A stretch of 64,000 nucleotides of DNA, taken from Oculina patagonica. Its lineage: Eukaryota. The DNA lies in contig NC_135769.1 of the NCBI RefSeq assembly GCF_052425735.1, positions 14,880,001 through 14,944,000 of the forward strand, read 5' to 3'. The notes below the pieces were generated by a model, which had not been told where the DNA came from, searched no databases, and saw only the letters and a list, made by a program, of their open reading frames with translations. A program made the translations under genes and the position numbers. Every line of letters begins with the position of its first letter. Position 1 is the first letter of the stretch. Of the stretch, positions 63,920-64,000 are shown one piece after another.

Positions 63920-64000
63920 CTGCAACACAAATCCTGCATAAAATAACAGAGAACAAGCACTGAATGAAGCTAAGCTATGAAGATTTTTCATCATTGACAA
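63920..64000 (-). CDS. SLC38A10: SLC38A10-like (putative sodium-coupled neutral amino acid transporter 10) exon, truncated by the window edge
   Basis: LSMMKNLHSLASFSACSLLFYAGFVLQ, donor CAG|GTAAGT. Eleven exons join in frame to 622 codons. Confidence 0.85.

Overview
AT-rich, intron-containing eukaryotic DNA from a metazoan; the repeat landscape suggests a cnidarian such as a stony coral (inference). I reconstructed four spliced host genes by hand from GT-AG boundaries and reading phase. (1) The 5' part of a TECPR1-like gene (minus strand, 3 exons, continues beyond the left edge). (2) A 3-exon, ~650-aa gene with 10 C2H2 zinc fingers (minus). (3) NUDT1/MTH1 (plus, 156 aa), head-to-head with the zinc-finger gene and carrying two intact copies of its first coding exon. 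(4) The 3' part of an SLC38A10-like amino-acid transporter (minus, continues beyond the right edge). The rest is dense, often nested transposon debris. This includes three Penelope-like elements with minimal hammerhead ribozyme motifs (one element forms a ~550-bp perfect inverted repeat), L2/CR1/RTE-type LINE fragments and a tRNA-derived SINE. It also includes Kolobok/Harbinger/hAT-or-P/Mutator-like non-autonomous elements, a T-depleted BEL/Pao relic, and a decayed Ginger-type integrase element fused to an OTU deubiquitinase domain and an F-box-like motif. No CRISPR, rRNA or intact tRNA genes were seen. All family assignments come from motif recognition, not database searches.
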